Source: the human T2T-CHM13v2.0 reference genome, Homo sapiens. Taken from it: DNA of 64,000 nucleotides. Made by a program: the position numbers and the translations under genes. Position 1 is the stretch's first letter; every line of letters starts with the position of its first letter. The stretch lies in NCBI RefSeq assembly GCF_009914755.1, contig NC_060928.1. One strand, written 5' to 3'. The notes beneath the pieces are model-generated. The model made no database searches and was not told where the DNA came from. It saw only the letters and a program-made list of their open reading frames with translations. Of this stretch, positions 57,051 through 64,000 are shown piece after piece.

Positions 57051-58679
57051 TTTTCCTCATTATGTGAAGTTTATCAAGTATTTTCTCTGTGACTACACAC
57101 AAAACAATCTTATTTTTCCTTAGCTGACCTTCAAACATATTCTCTTGGGAGTTCCTTTCCTCACCTTTGTGGCTGTTTTGGGGGCAGATGGTGATGATCC
57201 GCTCCAGTCATGATCAGGTATAAGAATAAGTCCTATTCTGTAATTATATCCCTAGGGATTAAAATATCTCATCCAAATAAAACCAATATCCAATCAATAT
57301 TCAAACAAAAGGAAGGCAGAGAAAAGGAATAAATATGGAAACAAAATTCCCTTAAATATTGAGAAATTAGAGCAATTTCTTAAAAAATCAATAAAATGAT
57401 ATTCAGTAAGACACTTGATAAAGAAATAAAGATAACAAGAAATTGCTAAAAAGCCCTAAATAAAAAACAAGCACACAAACAAAATACAATTCCACATATA
57501 TATGCTCAAAGGGAAATAAGAAAGATCAAATAGCCCTATGTATGTTGTATACTTAATTTGAATTTAATGTTGCACAATTTTATATTAATGTATTTAAATA
57601 CCTGAGTAAAAGTAATTTCTTTCTTGGGTAATATGAAGCATTAAATTTGAGTCAAGATACAATAGGAATCCAGACTGATAGCCATGGAAAAAATAGAGAA
57701 TCCTATTAATATGCAATGAGGACCTTGTGAAAAAATAATCTTGCTCAGAGTGTTTTGTGCATTATTTTCAGAATATTCATTCACAGAAAGTCCATATTTT
57801 TATATTTTCCATATCAGAGATTACACATTTCTATTTTTTTATTTGATATGAAAATGTCATTAATATGGAAAAAGATTCTTCTCACTTTTGACTATAGCTG
57901 CTTAAGTAATAAAAAGATTGGCAAATTAGCTCCAGTAGTATATTAAAATAGTATACTTTTGACCAAACATCAAGCAAATTATGAATGCCTGTATCAATAT
58001 TATAGATATTATTTTAGTATTAATAAGCAAATTATATACATTGATGTCTCTTAATATAAATCATTTAGGCTACAAATCACAATGTACAGTTTTAATAGTC
58101 AAAATGACAAAAGGTAACTTATCTTCATAAATGCCAAAATTATTGTTAAATATACAATCAGTTTTTGGTAAGAAATCTTAGTATATAACACAGCTAGTAA
58201 TATCTCTGATAAACAATATATTCGGGTGTGTTTGCATGTATATATACATATACACATAATACATATTAAACACCATGCATAATAATAAAACTCTAAAAAT
58301 AGCCTCAATATATCCTGTTATAGTTAGATATAAAACAATGTTGCTTTTTCATTATTTGAGTTTCTCATGTGCTAGGAAAATTAAATTTAAAATATAATAA
58401 GATGGTTTTCATATTTGACTATTATTATATTCAGTGAATATGAATTAAAGTGCTTCTTTCCAAAAATCGTCATCTATATTTTATAAATGTTTTAAATATT
58501 CACCAAACCAATATATTTGTTTAGAAGTTACATTTTACTTTTGTTTCAGTCTGAATTTTTTGAACACAGTAACATGTCCATGACAGTTTTAATGAAAAAT
58601 GTAGTTGTAGATTCATAGATGTTTTCATTATCTAAATTTAGTACATGTTTATTACATAAACTATATTTGCTTATTTTCT

Positions 58680-59105
58680 AGCAAAGACACGAAAGCAATC
58701 TAAATGCCCATCAATGATAGACTGGATAAAGAAAATGTGGTATATATACACCATGGAACACTATGCGGCCATAAAAAAGAATGAGATCACGTCCTTTGTA
58801 GGTACATGGATGGAGCTGAAGGCAATTATTCTTAGCAAACTAATGCAGAAACAGAAAACCAAGTACCAAATGTTCTCACTTATAAGTGGGAGCTAAATGA
58901 TGAGAAGACATGGACACATAGAGGGAAACAACACACACTGGGGCCTATCAGAGGGTGGATGGTGGGATGAGGGAGAGGATCAGGAAAAATATCTAATGGG
59001 TACTAGGCTTAATACTTGGGTGATGAAAAATCTGTACAACAAACCCCATAACACAAGTTTACTTATGTAACAAACCTGCACATGTACCCATGAACTTTAA
59101 AAAAG
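58680..59105 (+). mobile_element. Short 5'-truncated older L1PA 3' end
   Basis: ORF 58714-58896 [24 protein letters not shown]; 3' UTR GTAACAAACCTGCACATGTACCC. Confidence 0.92.
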
Positions 59106-60609
59106 ATTTCAGAAAACACACACACACACACACACAAAATAAAATAAATCTATATTTTCTTATTTTCTACCTGAGTGCTAGTGTGTAGCTTAGGGGTACT
59201 CCATAAGGAATTGCAATAGTGTAATCACTATTATCCTCTTGAGAAGTTGTATAAAGCTGAAAATTACGATGTAAATTAAATAATATAATTCCATAAAAAC
59301 TTGTGTTCATAAAATTGACTTTTTTCATCTTGTAAACTAGATTGAATAAACTACATATAAATGCAATTATTTTTCAGGATATACATGTCTTTTGTCTCTC
59401 ACAGTATTCTTACATAAAATAGCTAAAATTTGGTACAATTTTGATAATTTGGTGGGAAACAATTTCTTTGTGATTCTGGGTAAACACCTTTGGAACAAAT
59501 GGACTTGTCATATCATGATAACAAATGGACTTGTAAGAATAATAGTGAGTTAGTATTTCTGTTTTTGCTTTTGGAGAAATAATAAAACACCAAGATGTTA
59601 TTTTAAAGGATGCACATTTATCTATTGTTGATGTCACTACTAGAAATAATTGTGCTTAGAAAAATTATTGTCTCAGAGCTGGGGAAAGTCAGAGTCTGGC
59701 AGATATACATACTGTATTTCTCTGATGTAAGACAGATTTTTATAGCTTCCCTTTCTACTGAAAGAGTTTCCTCAATGTGCATTTACTCCTGAAAATATAA
59801 GCAGTAAAATTACAGATTTTCTTTTTCACACAAGTAGCTGTAAAACCATACAAAGACATAACTTCCTCTCTTAAAAAATGCAATTATTTCTCTCCTAGCT
59901 TTGGAAAGCAAATTCAGATAATGTATATAAAACTTTTCCCTGTTCTATTTAAAGGCTTTTTCCTAAAGGCCTTAGTGTAAAGATGGTTTATTCCTTAATT
60001 TTAAAAGTTAACAAACCCTAAAAACTGCAATACTAAGAAATAACGACAAGAATATAAAAATATTTCAGTAGCACTATGCAGGTAGTTTTTTTAAAGAGCC
60101 ATACGTATATTTAAATGTTGAACAAATTTACTTTTTAATAAAAATTTCAATTATGCAATGCAATAGAGAGTATAGAGGCAAAGTTCTCTTTTGCAAGTGT
60201 ACTCTCACAGATTCAAATATATAACTGTCACCCTTAAAGAATTTTATCACACACACATGCGCACACTCCCCATACATGTTCATATTTTCCTTACAAATAT
60301 GACGGCCTGTCCATCTTTCTACACTCTGTTCTCTAACCCATGAGAGTGACATAGATTATATCAGTTACTAGCATTCTGCTACCAGCTATCAGAGAGTAGA
60401 AAGAGGGTGAGGAGAGTTTTATATTCCCTGCTCCTTCTCTGTTGGGTGGACAAGAGTTGGCTCATTCCCTCTGTGAAAATCTCCATGATTTTTGTCATGA
60501 TTTCCTCTTTGTATATTGTTCTTTTTAAGGGGTCTGATGGGAAAAGCTCTTAGTGACCATGCTACTGTCCTTTTTTGTCCTTTCCCCAAATCTTCTTATA
60601 TATATATTT

Positions 60610-63882
<3,273 letters not shown>

Positions 63883-64000
63883 CTTCCTATATTTTTAAAA
63901 GTAGTCTTTCAATTATGTTATGCTCAATTACACCATTTTGTTGTGTCATCTGTTCCCTACAGGGACTCTTACATAAGTAGATTACACACCTACACCTATT

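Overview
AT-rich catarrhine primate (human/ape-like) intergenic or intronic DNA, judged from its AluY/AluS/AluJ, L1PA, HERV-W, MER57 and MLT/MST repeats. I find no host protein-coding gene, RNA gene or CRISPR array. Every recognisable ORF comes from a retroelement. Main contents: (1) a heavily deleted HERV-W (HERV17/LTR17) provirus at 6109-12852 with a 4-bp TSD, a tRNA-Ile-type PBS and an LTR30-like solo LTR in its leader; (2) a second, inverted LTR30-like solo LTR at 14200-14898; (3) a MER52-type solo LTR; (4) a MER57-type provirus at 43286-48464 with integrase and env remnants and a truncated 3' LTR; (5) a twin-primed L1PA3-like element at about 60610-63882; (6) many Alu, old L1M, L2 and MaLR fragments. 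I found no new biological system. The best observations are genome-dynamics scars: two L1 copies 31,454 bp apart share six apparently non-consensus variants (probable ectopic gene conversion), a 62-bp piece of the MER57 provirus is copied in inverted orientation into a neighbouring L1, and a tailless L1 fragment fills the junction that truncates the MER57 3' LTR. Subfamily names and consensus comparisons are from memory and need RepeatMasker/Dfam confirmation.
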